A stretch of DNA of 64,000 bases from the human T2T-CHM13v2.0 reference genome, Homo sapiens. Where the stretch lies: NCBI RefSeq assembly GCF_009914755.1, contig NC_060925.1. One strand, given 5' to 3'. Below are positions 1 to 12,653 of this stretch, in pieces. Below the pieces are notes generated by a model. It searched no databases and was not told where the DNA came from. It saw nothing but the letters and a program-made list of their open reading frames with translations. A program made the translations under genes and the position numbers. How positions within the stretch are numbered: position 1 is the stretch's first letter; each line of letters begins with the position of its first letter.

Positions 1-449
1 AGTGTGGGCGCGTGAGTTGGTGCGTGTGGGTGTGAGAGTGTGTGAGTGGGGCACAGCCAGGGTGTGCTTGTTTGGCCGGCAGGGCTGAGTGCCTCCCCGA
101 GGGCCAGGTAGGTGACCGAGGGGTATTTACAGACCCTCCCTCTGGAGGGTCACCTGTCCATCAGCAGCCCTCCAGAGAGGGCAGATTTGATGAAACGAGA
201 CAAAGTTCTTCTCCCCTCAGCCTTGAAAACGCCCCGCCAGGCTGGACGAGCAGGAAGGTAGAGCGGTTAATATAAATAGATATCGTGATGAAAGAACACG
301 ATCATCTTAGGGGAAAAGCTCCCAGCTGGAGTCGAAGGAGATCAGGCAGCCGACGATTTCTGGTGAGCAAGAAGCTTGCTGAAATCATTGTTTCCACCAC
401 GCCGTGTTTAGGAAGCAAATTGTCCTACAGAGAGAGACACTCGCCGGGA

Positions 450-992
450 TGTGTGTGTGTGGTGTGCGTGTCTGTGGTGTGTGTGTGCGTGTGTGTGGTG
501 TATGTGCATGTGTGTGGTTTGTGTGGTGTGTGTAGTGTGGGTGTGTGTGTGGTGTGGGTGTGAGTGTGTGTGGTTGTGTGTGGGTGTGTGGTGTGGGTGT
601 GTGTGGTGTATGTGTGCATGTGTGTGGTTGTGTGTGGGTGTGTGGTGTGGGTGTGTGTGTGGTGTTTGTGTGCATGTGTGTGGTTGTGTGCATGTGTGTG
701 GTGTGGTTGTGGGTGTGGTGTGTGTGTATGTGCATGTGTGTGGTGTGGGTGTGTGTGCGTGTGGGGGGTGTGGTTGTGTGTTTGCATGGGGGGGTGTGGG
801 GGGTGTGCATGTGTGTGTGCTGTGTGTGCATGTGTGTGATTGTGTGTGTACGAATGTGGTGTGTGGTTGTGTATGTGCATGTGTATGAATGTGTGTGGTT
901 GTGTGTGTGCGTGTGTGTGGTGTGTGTGCATGTGTATGAATGTGGTGTGTGGTTGTGTGTGCTGTGTGTGTGCATGTGTAGATGTGTGTGTG
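450..992. repeat. Degenerate (TG)n / TGTGG-rich low-complexity repeat, PRDM16 intron 8
   Basis: Continuous interrupted gtgtgt/gtggtgt/gcatgt tract; source of spurious Cys/Val and His/Thr ORFs. Confidence 0.95.
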
Positions 993-1845
993 TTCCTCCC
1001 TTTTTTCTTAGAAAAACAAGAGGCAAAAGACAAGCTGGTGATTCGCTGACAACCGTTCACAGGCCTTTAGGAAAATGGCCGGAACCCCCAGGCCGCTGGG
1101 TCCTGGAGTCTAGCTGGGCCGGCACTGCCCTCTCCTGTTGAGAGAAGATGCTGGCACTCGCCAGCCAGAGCCGGGCACTGCCGCTTCCATCCCAGTCTGA
1201 GGAGGTTCCCAGTAGTAGGATTTTCACTTTTCTCAAGCAGGGAATAGTCCCTCTGCATAGGGCTCCTGCCCGGGGTGACCTCCTATCCATGTCCACCTCC
1301 AGCCATCTCCAAAGGGTAGTTGAGTACTGCCAGGAGCCCCAAAGTCCGGGATCCCCGAGTTGGGGCCTCCTGAGAACCTCAGGAACTGTCTGTGTCAACC
1401 CAGAGGCTGCCTTCTCCGGGGTGCAGGCAGCAGGATCTGGTGCGGAGAGGGGAGGTGGGAGGACACTAGGAACACTGTGAACTTCTAGAGAGCAGGAGGC
1501 ACAGTCTGCGTGGTCAGCGTCCTGCCCCCACCCCTGCTAGAACAGCTGCAAAAGTGAAGACGAAGGCAGGGCGGGCCCTGAGCCAGCTTGCCCTGAATCC
1601 ACTGATGGAGTGGCAGACACCATCACATGCATTCGCTTTCCCCGTGCCCCGCCCTGGAGAGCAGGTTCACCTTCCCCAGGGACTTCTGAAAATCTTGGCT
1701 CCTAAACTAGCAACACCGTGGGGTAGGAGGGTGGAAACAGCAGTGGCAAGCCCATTCTCCAGCAAAGAAGGTGGCGGCACAGCAGGAACTGTACCAACCG
1801 GCCCCCCGATCTGTGCTGGTCACTGGAGGCCAGTCTTGGGTGGGG

Positions 1846-2060
1846 CGCATGCACACACACATATGTTTCCACATGCTCATGTGTGCACACGTGTGCACAC
1901 TCAGACACGCACGCTTGCAGAATACACACACGCCTGCCCAGACACGGACACTTACGCACACAGACACACATGCACCTGCCTGTGTATTTGTGTGTACGCA
2001 CACACGCATGTATGCACAGTACACACATATACACCCATGCCCACGCACATGCACCCAGAC
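1846..2060. repeat. Degenerate (CA)n-rich tract
   Basis: gcacacacac/acatgcac interrupted repeat ending ~130 nt upstream of the exon 9 acceptor. Confidence 0.8.
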
Positions 2061-2186
2061 AGACTGCTTCCAGCCCCAGCCTCGCCCCTCCAGCGGCTGG
2101 CTTTCCCAGTAATTTCATGTGGCGTTTTCAGCAGGGTTTCCCGGTCATTTCATGCGGGTTTGTCTTGGCTTCTGCTGATGTTTTAG

Positions 2187-3603
2187 GTGAGGTCTGCCAC
2201 AAGTCCTACACGCAGTTCTCCAACCTGTGCCGGCACAAGCGGATGCACGCCGACTGCCGCACGCAGATCAAGTGCAAGGACTGTGGCCAGATGTTCAGCA
2301 CTACCTCCTCCCTCAACAAGCACCGGCGCTTCTGCGAGGGCAAGAACCATTACACGCCGGGCGGCATCTTTGCCCCGGGCCTGCCCTTGACCCCCAGCCC
2401 CATGATGGACAAGGCAAAACCCTCCCCCAGCCTCAATCACGCCAGCCTGGGCTTCAACGAGTACTTTCCCTCCAGGCCGCACCCGGGGAGCCTGCCCTTC
2501 TCCACGGCGCCTCCCACGTTCCCCGCACTCACCCCCGGCTTCCCGGGCATCTTCCCTCCATCCTTGTACCCCCGGCCGCCTCTGCTACCTCCCACACCGC
2601 TGCTCAAGAGCCCCCTGAACCACACCCAGGACGCCAAGCTCCCCAGTCCCCTGGGGAACCCAGCCCTGCCCCTGGTCTCCGCCGTCAGCAACAGCAGCCA
2701 GGGCACGACGGCAGCTGCGGGGCCCGAGGAGAAGTTCGAGAGCCGCCTGGAGGACTCCTGTGTGGAGAAGCTGAAGACCAGGAGCAGCGACATGTCGGAC
2801 GGCAGTGACTTTGAGGACGTCAACACCACCACGGGGACCGACCTGGACACGACCACGGGGACGGGCTCGGACCTGGACAGCGACGTGGACAGCGACCCTG
2901 ACAAGGACAAGGGCAAGGGCAAGTCCGCCGAGGGCCAGCCCAAGTTTGGGGGCGGCTTGGCGCCCCCGGGGGCCCCGAACAGCGTGGCCGAGGTGCCTGT
3001 CTTCTATTCCCAGCACTCATTCTTCCCGCCACCCGACGAGCAGCTGCTGACTGCAACGGGCGCCGCCGGGGACTCCATCAAGGCCATCGCATCCATTGCC
3101 GAGAAGTACTTTGGCCCCGGCTTCATGGGGATGCAGGAGAAGAAGCTGGGCTCGCTCCCCTACCACTCGGCGTTCCCCTTCCAGTTCCTGCCCAACTTCC
3201 CCCACTCCCTTTACCCCTTCACGGACCGAGCCCTCGCCCACAACTTGCTGGTCAAGGCCGAGCCAAAGTCACCCCGGGACGCCCTCAAGGTGGGCGGCCC
3301 CAGTGCCGAGTGCCCCTTTGATCTCACCACCAAGCCCAAAGACGTGAAGCCCATCCTGCCCATGCCCAAGGGCCCCTCGGCCCCCGCATCCGGCGAGGAG
3401 CAGCCGCTGGACCTGAGCATCGGCAGCCGGGCCCGTGCCAGCCAAAACGGCGGCGGGCGGGAGCCCCGCAAGAACCACGTCTATGGGGAACGCAAGCTGG
3501 GCGCCGGCGAGGGGCTGCCCCAGGTGTGCCCGGCGCGGATGCCCCAGCAGCCCCCGCTCCACTACGCCAAGCCCTCGCCCTTCTTCATGGACCCCATCTA
3601 CAG
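2187..3603 (+). CDS. PRDM16: PRDM16 exon 9 (end of N-terminal zinc-finger cluster, Pro-rich region, CtBP-binding repressor domain)
   Basis: ttttag|GTGAGG acceptor and CAG|gtattc donor; translates EVCHKSYTQFSNLCRHKRMH...CKDCGQMFSTTSSLNKHRRFC (C2H2/C2HC fingers), PFDLT (3314-3328), PLDLS (3404-3418), VKAE SUMO consensus (K codon at 3254); 1417 nt. Confidence 0.98.
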
Positions 3604-5362
3604 GTATTCAGCACCCCAGCCTCACTGGCTCTCCCTGGGGCGGGGCCGCGGCGGTGCTGGGCGGGCTCAGTGCATGGTGGTGTCTCTTTCAAGCTCCTCC
3701 AAGGTCGTCCCCCGGCCTTTGCTGACTTCAGGAAGATGCCCCTGTTCTTGGGGGGGTCTGCACCCCTCAGGAGGGATGCCTGGCTTGGCTGCTCCTAAGC
3801 TAGGTGCCTGGCCCGGGCCGTGTTTGGGAGGCCAGGACGGGTGCTCCTGGACACGTGCAGTTTGCTTGCACCGATGACCACTCAGACATCACACTGCTGG
3901 CCTCGAGCGCCTCCTATCCCCAGTAACCCCACCCCCCACCCCAACCCACACCCTTCCCCACCCCTCTCTCCAGCTGTCGTCTCTGGTCTAGCTCTCCCCA
4001 GCCTCTACCTGCAGAAGTCAGAGGGGCCTGGGCTGAGTGCTTCCTGCCCCTCCTGGTGCGCTCCTGCCCCTGGAGCCACAGCGGCAGGGGGAATGGGGAG
4101 GGGGTGTCTTTCTGGGGGCCCCGGGGGAATCAGAGAAGGAGCCAGTGGTCCTTGGAGGGGAGGAGGAGGCGAGGGATGAAGCAAGCATTGGAGGGTTTTC
4201 TAGGCACCAGTGTCCTGTGTCTCTGATGCCTCTCTTGGGGAAAGGCGAGTTTAATGCCACTCCCTAATTTCTGGACAGGTTTGCCCCTCCCTAGAATGCA
4301 GGTGGGTTGGAAGAGCAGGGCTAGGCTTGGGGAGGGGGTCCTACCCCCACCAGCACCTGTCCCTGTGCTCCCCGCTTCGCCATGCAAGGAGACAGGCAGG
4401 AGACCCTGAGCAAGTCCTGTCCTAATAAAGCAAAAGCGGCCAGTCATAGACATGCTGGGGGTGCTGTGTCTTGCAACGGGGTGGCAGGTTTACCAAAGCG
4501 CTCTCAGTGATGGGAAAGAGGCTCCCAAATCTAACCCTCACTATGGGAACCCAGGCAGACAGAGAAGAGCAGGCTGCCTTCAAGAGCCACCAGGCCAAAG
4601 GAGGGTCAGTGGATAGCCCTGCCCACGGCCTCTGTTTACCACAGGAGGTTTGCATTGTGATTCAGTGAGCAGGCTTGTCACCGGCATCTGGGGAAGGTTC
4701 TGGAACTGTAATCTCCAGCAGCCCTGGAGGGTGTTTAGACAGGGCCCTGTCTGGGTGCTGCAGGAAGCCCCTGGTGACCTCCCCAGGACAGAAACCTGCT
4801 GGCCACTCACGTTCATCAGCACACACGGGCAGCACACCCCGTGCCAGGGGCCGGGTCAGAGAAGGAGCGGAGGAGGCCTTGAGCCTCTGGTGTGAGCCAC
4901 GCTCTGCTGTGAGCAGGTCCAGGGACCCCCTTCAGAGTGGTCCCCACTCATGCAGGGCTGACCGGCCAGTTAGGCCGGGGTGCACGGGGCCTTCAGAGAA
5001 AACTCCAGCCGCCTGCACTTAGCACCCATGACCTGCAGGGGTGCTGGCAGCCAGGGGTCTTTGAAGGCCCTCGAGGGGACCTTGGAGGCATGGGAGGTGT
5101 GAGGGAACCACTGAGGGAGAGTGTTCAGGGGCAGGTGGTGACAGGGAGGGTCCGTCTAGGGGTGCAGGTGGGCTGGGCTCCCGACATCCCCAAGGCCCAC
5201 AGAGGAGTCTGGTGAGCGTTGGGGCAGCCACGGCGAGGTCCACACCATGGCCTTGTGACTGGCCAGGTATATGGTCAGGCGGGGTGGGCGGCTCTGTGGA
5301 GCGGGTGGCTCGGCGGGGCGGGCGGCTCGGTGGGGTACGTAACCCTCTGTGCTGTTGTCCAG

Positions 5363-5450
5363 CAGGGTAGAAAAGCGGAAGGTCACAGACCCCGTGGGAG
5401 CCCTGAAGGAGAAGTACCTGCGGCCGTCCCCGCTGCTCTTCCACCCCCAG
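5363..5450 (+). CDS. PRDM16: PRDM16 exon 10 (NAGNAG acceptor; alternative start 5366)
   Basis: tgtccag|CAG|GGTAG acceptor, CAG|gtacgt donor; (S)[29 protein letters not shown]. Confidence 0.96.
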
Positions 5451-8400
5451 GTACGTCCTCAGTGCAGGTCAGGGCGCCCTGTAACCCACACGCCAGTGGC
5501 CCCATCTCCCGGCTGTCGAGGCTCAGTGGCCAGGCTGGAGCCTAAGTCCCCGTCCAGGCCATACCACGCACAGACGCCCTCAAAGGCAGAGGAGGATTCT
5601 CTCCCTGAGGCCCCTCAGGTCACTGTAGGCTGGAGAGGTTGAGGACTGAGAGTGACCCTCACAGGGCCACCCCAGGGACCTCTCTGACCCCTGGCTCTGG
5701 GCTCCAGGAGGGAGAAGGAGCTTCACTGGAGTCGTGGGCAGAGCCTGAAGGAGCGAGGGCAGGGATTGTGAGTGAGGGGAGCAGCCTCAGGTGGCAGCCC
5801 AGGACACAGCGTGGGCGCTCTCTCTGGGGTGCACAGGACCTGAGTATGTTCAAATGGACCGGAAGAGAGGAAGGGCCTGAGCATGCAGAGAGGGGCATGG
5901 AGCCAGGCCCCAGGGAGGTGGTGGGCAGGGGGTCTGGAAAGAGACCCAGAGAGCCCCCCAGTCCAGACAGGTGGGTGCAGACCCTGCCAGGCCTGGAGGT
6001 GCTCCTGCCTGCCCCTGAGGCCACATCCTGGGAGCAAAATAGCAGGTGGGCAGCATGGCCAGGGCAGAGTCTTCCCGACCTCCTGTCCCCTACTGACTTG
6101 GTCTCATTGCTGGGAGCCTGGCCCCTTCCGCAGCGCCATGGGCTGCACCTGGAGGGTCCTGAGGGTCGCACAGTGGGCCTGGCCCTGACAGACTGCAGAC
6201 CAGACCGGGGCATTGTTCTCTTTCTCGGCCTTCCCCGCCGTGGACGGGCCCCCCACCTGGTTTGTGAAACCTGCGCCCAGGCTGAGTTCACAGCTAAACT
6301 TAGCGCCTCCCATTGTTTCCCCGGGGCCGTGGAGTTTGGTTAATAACTTCCCCTGATTTTCCTCGGGATGGGCTGGAAAGAGCCACGAGCCAGCCAGGCG
6401 CATCCTGCGTTTGTTTGTGCGGGGAGCGAGGCCGGGAATATCTGATCGGGCGGAGCAAGCCGGGCGGGAGAGGCCCACCCAGGCCCGAGGAAGGGAGCCC
6501 AGCGGGGGGCAGTTTCCATTGTCCCTCCTGCCCGCTGCCCCCACGGGCCTGCCACCCCCGCTGCCTGTCCCTGCAGCCCGGAGCCAGGAGGTGGGGGGCG
6601 GGAAGAGAGAGATGACTAATAAGTCACCAAATGGTCTAAGGTTGGGCTGTCACTTGGGCAGAAGGCGCCAGTTACTAAAGACCTCGACAAAGCCCAAGAG
6701 GCCATGCCTGTGGAAAGACCTCAGCCCTGCTGCTCCGGGCTGCGGAGGGGCTGGTGAGGCCCAGTTGATGGCTCAGGGAGCAAGGCAGCTTCCATCTGCC
6801 CATCGCTCATCACTCGTTCTCATCAGGATGAGAGCATGCCTGCCTCGCAGGGGCGGGAGAAGCCTGACCCCCACAGCCTGGGTGGGGCTGGAAGGGGCCA
6901 GAGGGGAGGCCTTGGCCACTGTGGACGGACACGAGTTTCTACTCGTTCGTTTCTTTCTGGGTATTTTTATCGTAACCAGTTCCCCAAATAGCAAAACGTC
7001 CCCACCACTGGCTCATGTGGTCTCTGGGAAGCATTTGTAGAAAGCCCTCTGCTCCCTACCAGCAGCAGCTGGATAAGTCCCTGGCAAGCAGGTCTCCGAA
7101 AAGCTGAGTGCCAGATGCCCGGCACTCGGACTCTGAGAGACCCCAGCCGCGTGATGGGATAGTTTTGTTTGCTAGTGGGCAGCCAGGGCCAGGGTCTTGC
7201 TGTAAATGGGCGGGTCACCTCTGTGGAGCTGGCTCTGAGCATTGCCCAGAGGCAGCGAGCCCTATATGAAGCCCCTTGATGACGCAGGTCCTCACCTGCC
7301 CTTCTCCTCACCCCCACACCCATTCCGTGGAGGCTGGGTGCCAAGGACCGGCACCCTGGCCAGTTCCTCCCAGTGACACCAGCACCTGGGGAACCCCAAG
7401 CTCTCCCTTCCCTCTGCATCTGTATCAGCTCCTGCCTCACCCTTGCCCTCCCTCCTCATCCCCTTCTCTGGGAGCTCCCAGGGGAGGCAGGCTATGAAAA
7501 TACCTGTTTAGCAAAGGTGTCTGGAGGGCCCTGTGGGTCAGGCATTGGGCCCTGGGAGCACTGGCCCCACCTTCAGCAGGCTGGGTGTGTGGTGCCGAGG
7601 CCCGGGGTTTGTTCCCTGTTTTGCCTTTTGCTACCCCTCAGGGGATGATGAACACTCTTCCTTTTCAGCCCCTGTGCAGCCCCCTACAGGGCCTGGCACA
7701 CAGCAGATATCACAGGGTGGCCCATCTCCTTCTCCACTGAGGTCAGCTCCAAATCTTCAAAGAGAAGGGGAGCTGGGAGAGGCAGGGCTGACACTGAGCA
7801 GCTCCATCAGCCCAGCCCTTCCCCTCTCCTGTCGCTATTGTCAGAGACCTCAGTGGGGCCAGGACAGTCTGGGATTCTGATCAGAGCTCTGCCCACCAAT
7901 CCCATGCTTCCACTCTCCTAATCGAGCAAGCCCTGGGCATCTCCAGGGAGCAGAGAGGCAGCTCCTGTTGCCCATATCAAATTGCCCTGTGTCATGTGAC
8001 ATGTCACATTATTATTTTGAATATTTCCTTTGTGGGTTTAAGTCTTAAAGAGGCTGTTGAATTCCTTAGTACTTTGCCTGCAATTATGGCATGCTGCCAC
8101 TTGGTGGCAGTGGTTCTGCAGGCCCACAATCTATGCTTTAAACGGAGATTCAGGTTGCTATTGTAATTTTTCAAGACTAAAAAATAAACTTTTTAATGTT
8201 AAACTAGATGTAATTCTGCATTTAACCCAAACTAGCCAACCAGAAGTGCTGGCCAGGAGTCAAGTCAGCTGGGCATTTTGCCGGCCTGGGTCAGATAAGG
8301 GGTAATCATAAACATCAGCTACCTGTATCACTCAGGTCCCGCCCAAACCGGGCAGTGAGGCTGGTTGCTAAAGATCAGTTTCAGCTCCTGCAGGAAAGAC

Positions 8401-8630
8401 CTTAAACTACAAACGAGGGACTGGGACTCAGGGAAGGACAAGAGCAGGGCTGACTACAGAAAGGTGAAAAAATCCAACCCAGGGTCCAAGAAAATACTAG
8501 GAGACCATTGCTTCCAGTGCCCACCTGAGCACCCTAAGATATGCTGTTGTACAGAACCCCCAGCAGTGCGTGCCCCTGAAGACAGGTGAGAGTCAGCTGA
8601 GTCCATAACCTCCCACTCTTATGCCTACAG

Positions 8631-8800
8631 ATGTCAGCCATAGAGACCATGACAGAGAAGCTGGAGAGCTTTGCAGCCATGAAGGCGGACTCGGGCAGCT
8701 CCCTGCAGCCCCTCCCCCACCACCCCTTCAACTTCCGGTCCCCACCCCCAACGCTCTCCGACCCCATCCTCAGGAAGGGCAAGGAGCGATACACGTGCAG
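8631..8800 (+). CDS. PRDM16: PRDM16 exon 11
   Basis: ctacag|ATG acceptor, CAG|gtgagg donor; [22 protein letters not shown]...[10 protein letters not shown]. Confidence 0.97.
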
Positions 8801-9434
8801 GTGAGGGGCCCTTTGGTGCTGCTGGGACAGCCCTGGCGGGGCTCGAGTGCCACACCTGTGGCTGTGAACCTGTGCTTCCAGGAAAAACTCAGAGTCCCGG
8901 CCATAGGAAAGCACAGCACTGCAATCAGCTGGTTATCTGCTTGAGGTCATGCTTTGCAAATAAGTGACTTGGGTGGCCTCCCCTGCCTCACGCCATGCTG
9001 TGCTCTTGGGAGCTCAAGAATATGCAACCTCAGCCCAGCCTGAACTGGGAAGGCTGGGCCTGAGGTGTGCTGGTCAGTGACTAACCTCAGCGCTTGGAGG
9101 GATGGGAAGCCCAGTGCTACAGCCTCAGCCGATTTCTGCAGTGTCAGGATGACACCCTCCCGGCCACCCTCTGCTGGTGCAGGCCTGTCCAAGTCTGTTG
9201 GAGCCTGCCCTGTTCACCGCCAGACTGAGGGGCCGAGACGCTTCAGGGGGCAGGGGCTGCTCTGTCTACTACTGTGGCCCATGGCAGCCTGCTCTGCAAC
9301 TGAGGCTGGGCTTCAGGGCCGTGGAAGGGACTGAAACTGGGATGCTGGGATGGGTCCACCTGTGCATCAGGTGTGAGACCCCGAGCATTAGCTTGAAACC
9401 ATTTCTGGGAAATGGCCATGTAAGCCCACCCTAA

Positions 9435-9548
<114 letters not shown>

Positions 9549-10209
9549 TAGGTGCTGCGTGGGCTGGGTGTGGGGGCGGGGCCGCCTGCCTCCGTGCACC
9601 GCTGACCCACTCCTAGGAGTAAGTATGCCATTCCCAGGGCTCCCTGCTGGAGTGAGCAGGCAGTGGGCAGGGCCGGGTGCTGAATTCTGGTCACTCTGGC
9701 CCTCCCCTCCTGGCCTCAGCAGGATGTTTGAGGATGAGGCAGGAGGTGCCCAGGAACCTTCTGGAAGGCATCTGCCTGGCTCTCAAAGATGTGAGGGAGC
9801 AGCTCTCCACCCACCCTAGGGTGTTCACTGGGGCAGGGGATCCTCATCAGAGCAGGGCTGACCAGAGCCAGGGCCCAGAGGGTCCACATGGGAGAAAACC
9901 TCAGCTTCCCCACACCCAGCCCAACTCCGTTCATCTCACGACGGCCATAGCTGCCCCCACACCCCCACTTCTGGTGGGCCAGGGAGTGGGCCAAAGGCAG
10001 AGTGAGACTCCGTGCAAATGCGGGTCCCCACCCCCCACTTGGAGCCCACTGAGGGATTCCACGGGGTCCCGGGGACAGCCTGGATGGGAAGCGGTGCGTC
10101 TGCTTCCAGGATCCCCCCGTGCTCCTCTCATCTGAGGAGCCGGCTGGCACCTGCAGTGAAGCAGTCACACAGCTCATCGGGATGGGGGAGGCATTGAATT
10201 TGGGGCTCA

Positions 10210-10320
10210 CAACAGCCTCCCAACAGGCTTGTCATCCCATTTCAAAGATGAGGGGCCCGAGGCTCAGAGATGCCCCATGAATCACCGGGGTCAGTGCCTG
10301 GGAGTGGGCATTTTAAGCGA
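10210..10320 (-). mobile_element. MIR SINE fragment
   Basis: atcccatttcaaagatgagggg...gaggctcagaga resembles MIR core. Confidence 0.5.
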
Positions 10321-12653
10321 GAGCCCCAGACAATGGTAACTGGGAGGCGAATGGGGAAACGCTGGTTTTCTGCCAAGGCTGGTTTAGTGACACATGCAGG
10401 GTGTGTCTGTTCACAGAGGCCATTGGGGATAAAGAGTGTTTCACACGGCTTAAGTTGACAGCATAAGATTTCTGTCCTCTGGCCACACAGAGCTAGAGGG
10501 GCCACATGATAGTGCAGGCACTGGGGACTCAGTCTGTGTCTCCATCCCTGGGGAAGGAGACCAGCTGAGGCACCTGTGCATGTCGTGGTCACTGACCCCC
10601 ACTCTGAGACAGAGCAAGCATCCCCGGCTGCCCCAGGGCTGTGTCCCAACTCGCAGGGTAAATGACAGCTTATACCACTTACGGGTCATCTGTTCAGCGC
10701 TCACAGCCCTCCCCAATTCACAGGCCCCCCCTTACCCACCCTTCAAAAAATAGTGACTTACAACTTAACAAAGGCTAGCAGCAGAAAGATTTATTTGGTC
10801 TGGTCCCCTCCCAGAAAATGAGCTGTGTGTTTTTTCTGTAATGAGAGCCGACTTCTGGACAGCGTTGTGTGCTAAGAGCCCCTAGAGGGTCGGGGTGGTG
10901 TTTATAGAAGAATTTAATTATCATTGATTTCTTTTGCTCTCTCCAATCTGTGAGTTTCGACTTTGGTAACAATAATTGCTTTGCAAGTTTGTGTTGCAAA
11001 TCCTGACTTTATCTGGCTCAAGGCAGGTCTGTGCCGAGGGGTTTGGAGCGTGTAGCTTTCCTTTTGATACCACTGGTGGTTTCTGGACTGGCTTTGATAA
11101 TCAGAAGGATTTTAAATTGGAGGAGGGAAAGTGCCGGCCATCCCCAGAAGCCTGCCAAGAGGAGCTCAACCCCCCATGCCCGCCCCAGTGTGAGCCCCTT
11201 TCCGGTGCCAGCACCCACGTGTGTGCCCGCCGCATGTGCATATGTGTGTGCCCTGGAGAGGTCGGGCTGACGCAGCCCCGCGCAAGCAGGAGGAAGCAGG
11301 CTTCTCATGGGTTGCCTGGAGTGATAGGGTAATCAAACCAGATGACATTGGAAGCCTCTTCCGTTTAAGTCCTTGCCTCAGATGACCTGAAATCGTTCAG
11401 AATGTGTTTCAAAGCCCTGAGGTAGGGAACGTAGAGCCTTTGGTGCACCAAATATGTTTCTTGGAGGTAACTTGGCCCCTAGCTTCTCCTGGCCTAGAGG
11501 TCTTTGAGTGAAGCGGGAAGGTGAGATTGAGTTAATGGCAGTCTTATTTCTTAAAAAAAAGTTAAGCATATAGGCTTTGCGGGATTTGGGTTGGAGAAGC
11601 ATGAAAATTGAACTGGGAGTGGGGAGAGGGGCTGCTCCTTGGTCTTCGTCCTGACAGCCGGCCCGGGGGTCTCTCTGGGAGGCTGCCCAGTGGAGCCTGG
11701 AGTCACAGCCTGGATGCGAGCAGGGCTGCCCGGGACTCCTGCTGGGACCGAGATTCCTGCCTCAGGGCTGCTGACTCCCTGGTCTGCCGCGTGCTTCCAT
11801 CATCTCCCCAGGCTCCATCCTGCCTTCTGTGTGAAGCTGGAGCGTGCAAGGGAGGCACAGTTGTGCTTCCATCGGGGGCTGCACGCGGCCCGTGCATGTC
11901 CTTTCTTTTTTAGTTGTATTTTTACGGCTGGGTTTCAAAATCTCTTCTTTCTTCCTCTTCCCTCACTTTTACAGTCACCAAAAGCAGATCCCCCTGTAGT
12001 GGCTGCAGGAGACCTCACTGGATCCTAGGAAGGATGCCGCTGCCCAGTGCTCAGGGGCTCGGGGGCCCTGGCCACCCCCCCTGACCTGCCCATACTCTGT
12101 TGTTCCCCTGCCAATGGCTTCTCTGGGAGTGCAGCAGGCACGGTCACAGCAAGGTCCTCTCAAGGCCCTCCGCATTGCACCAGGGCCAGGCTACCCTGCA
12201 CGTTCTCCTTCCTTTTGGAGCTCACGGGCGTGTTATTTTACGCAGTGAGACCATCAATTTCACTGGCCGCTTGTCAGCTTATTTACAACGCAGACCCCAG
12301 CTGCTCGGAGAACTCTGCTCCCTCGCAGCCCTGGGCTCACGGCTCCCCTAAATTTCAAATGGACTTCTCTGTCTGGGCCATTTATTTAGATTAGAAGCAA
12401 GAGAGGGCCACGTTCAGGGCTCTCTGCAACCAAATTGAACGCACAGCCCTGTTCGTGGCTCTCCCCGGCCCCAGAGCTTCACACAAGGGACTTGCTCTCC
12501 AGTTTTATGAACAAGCTTCTTTTCCAATCCCATTTCTTACCTCGGATCCACAATTGCTAGGGTTTATGCAAGAGCCATTAGGTGGACTTTCTGCAAAAGT
12601 CTCTGCATTTCCAAAGAAACCAGGAACTGAATGAGCCGTGTTTGAGCACACAT

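Noticed and set aside
385-1141. Long Cys/Val-rich and His/Thr-rich ORFs in several frames
   Set aside because: Translation artefacts of (TG)n/(CA)n repeats that lack stop codons; the same applies at 12564-13306 and 60708-62058
1883-3877. 664-aa single-exon ORF as an independent gene
   Set aside because: Only 2187-3603 is PRDM16 exon 9; the flanks are intronic read-through beyond clear splice sites
8581-8630. Strong donor-like CAG|GTGAGA 45 nt before the exon 11 acceptor
   Set aside because: Would define an intron too short for the major spliceosome, and no matching upstream cryptic exon could be supported
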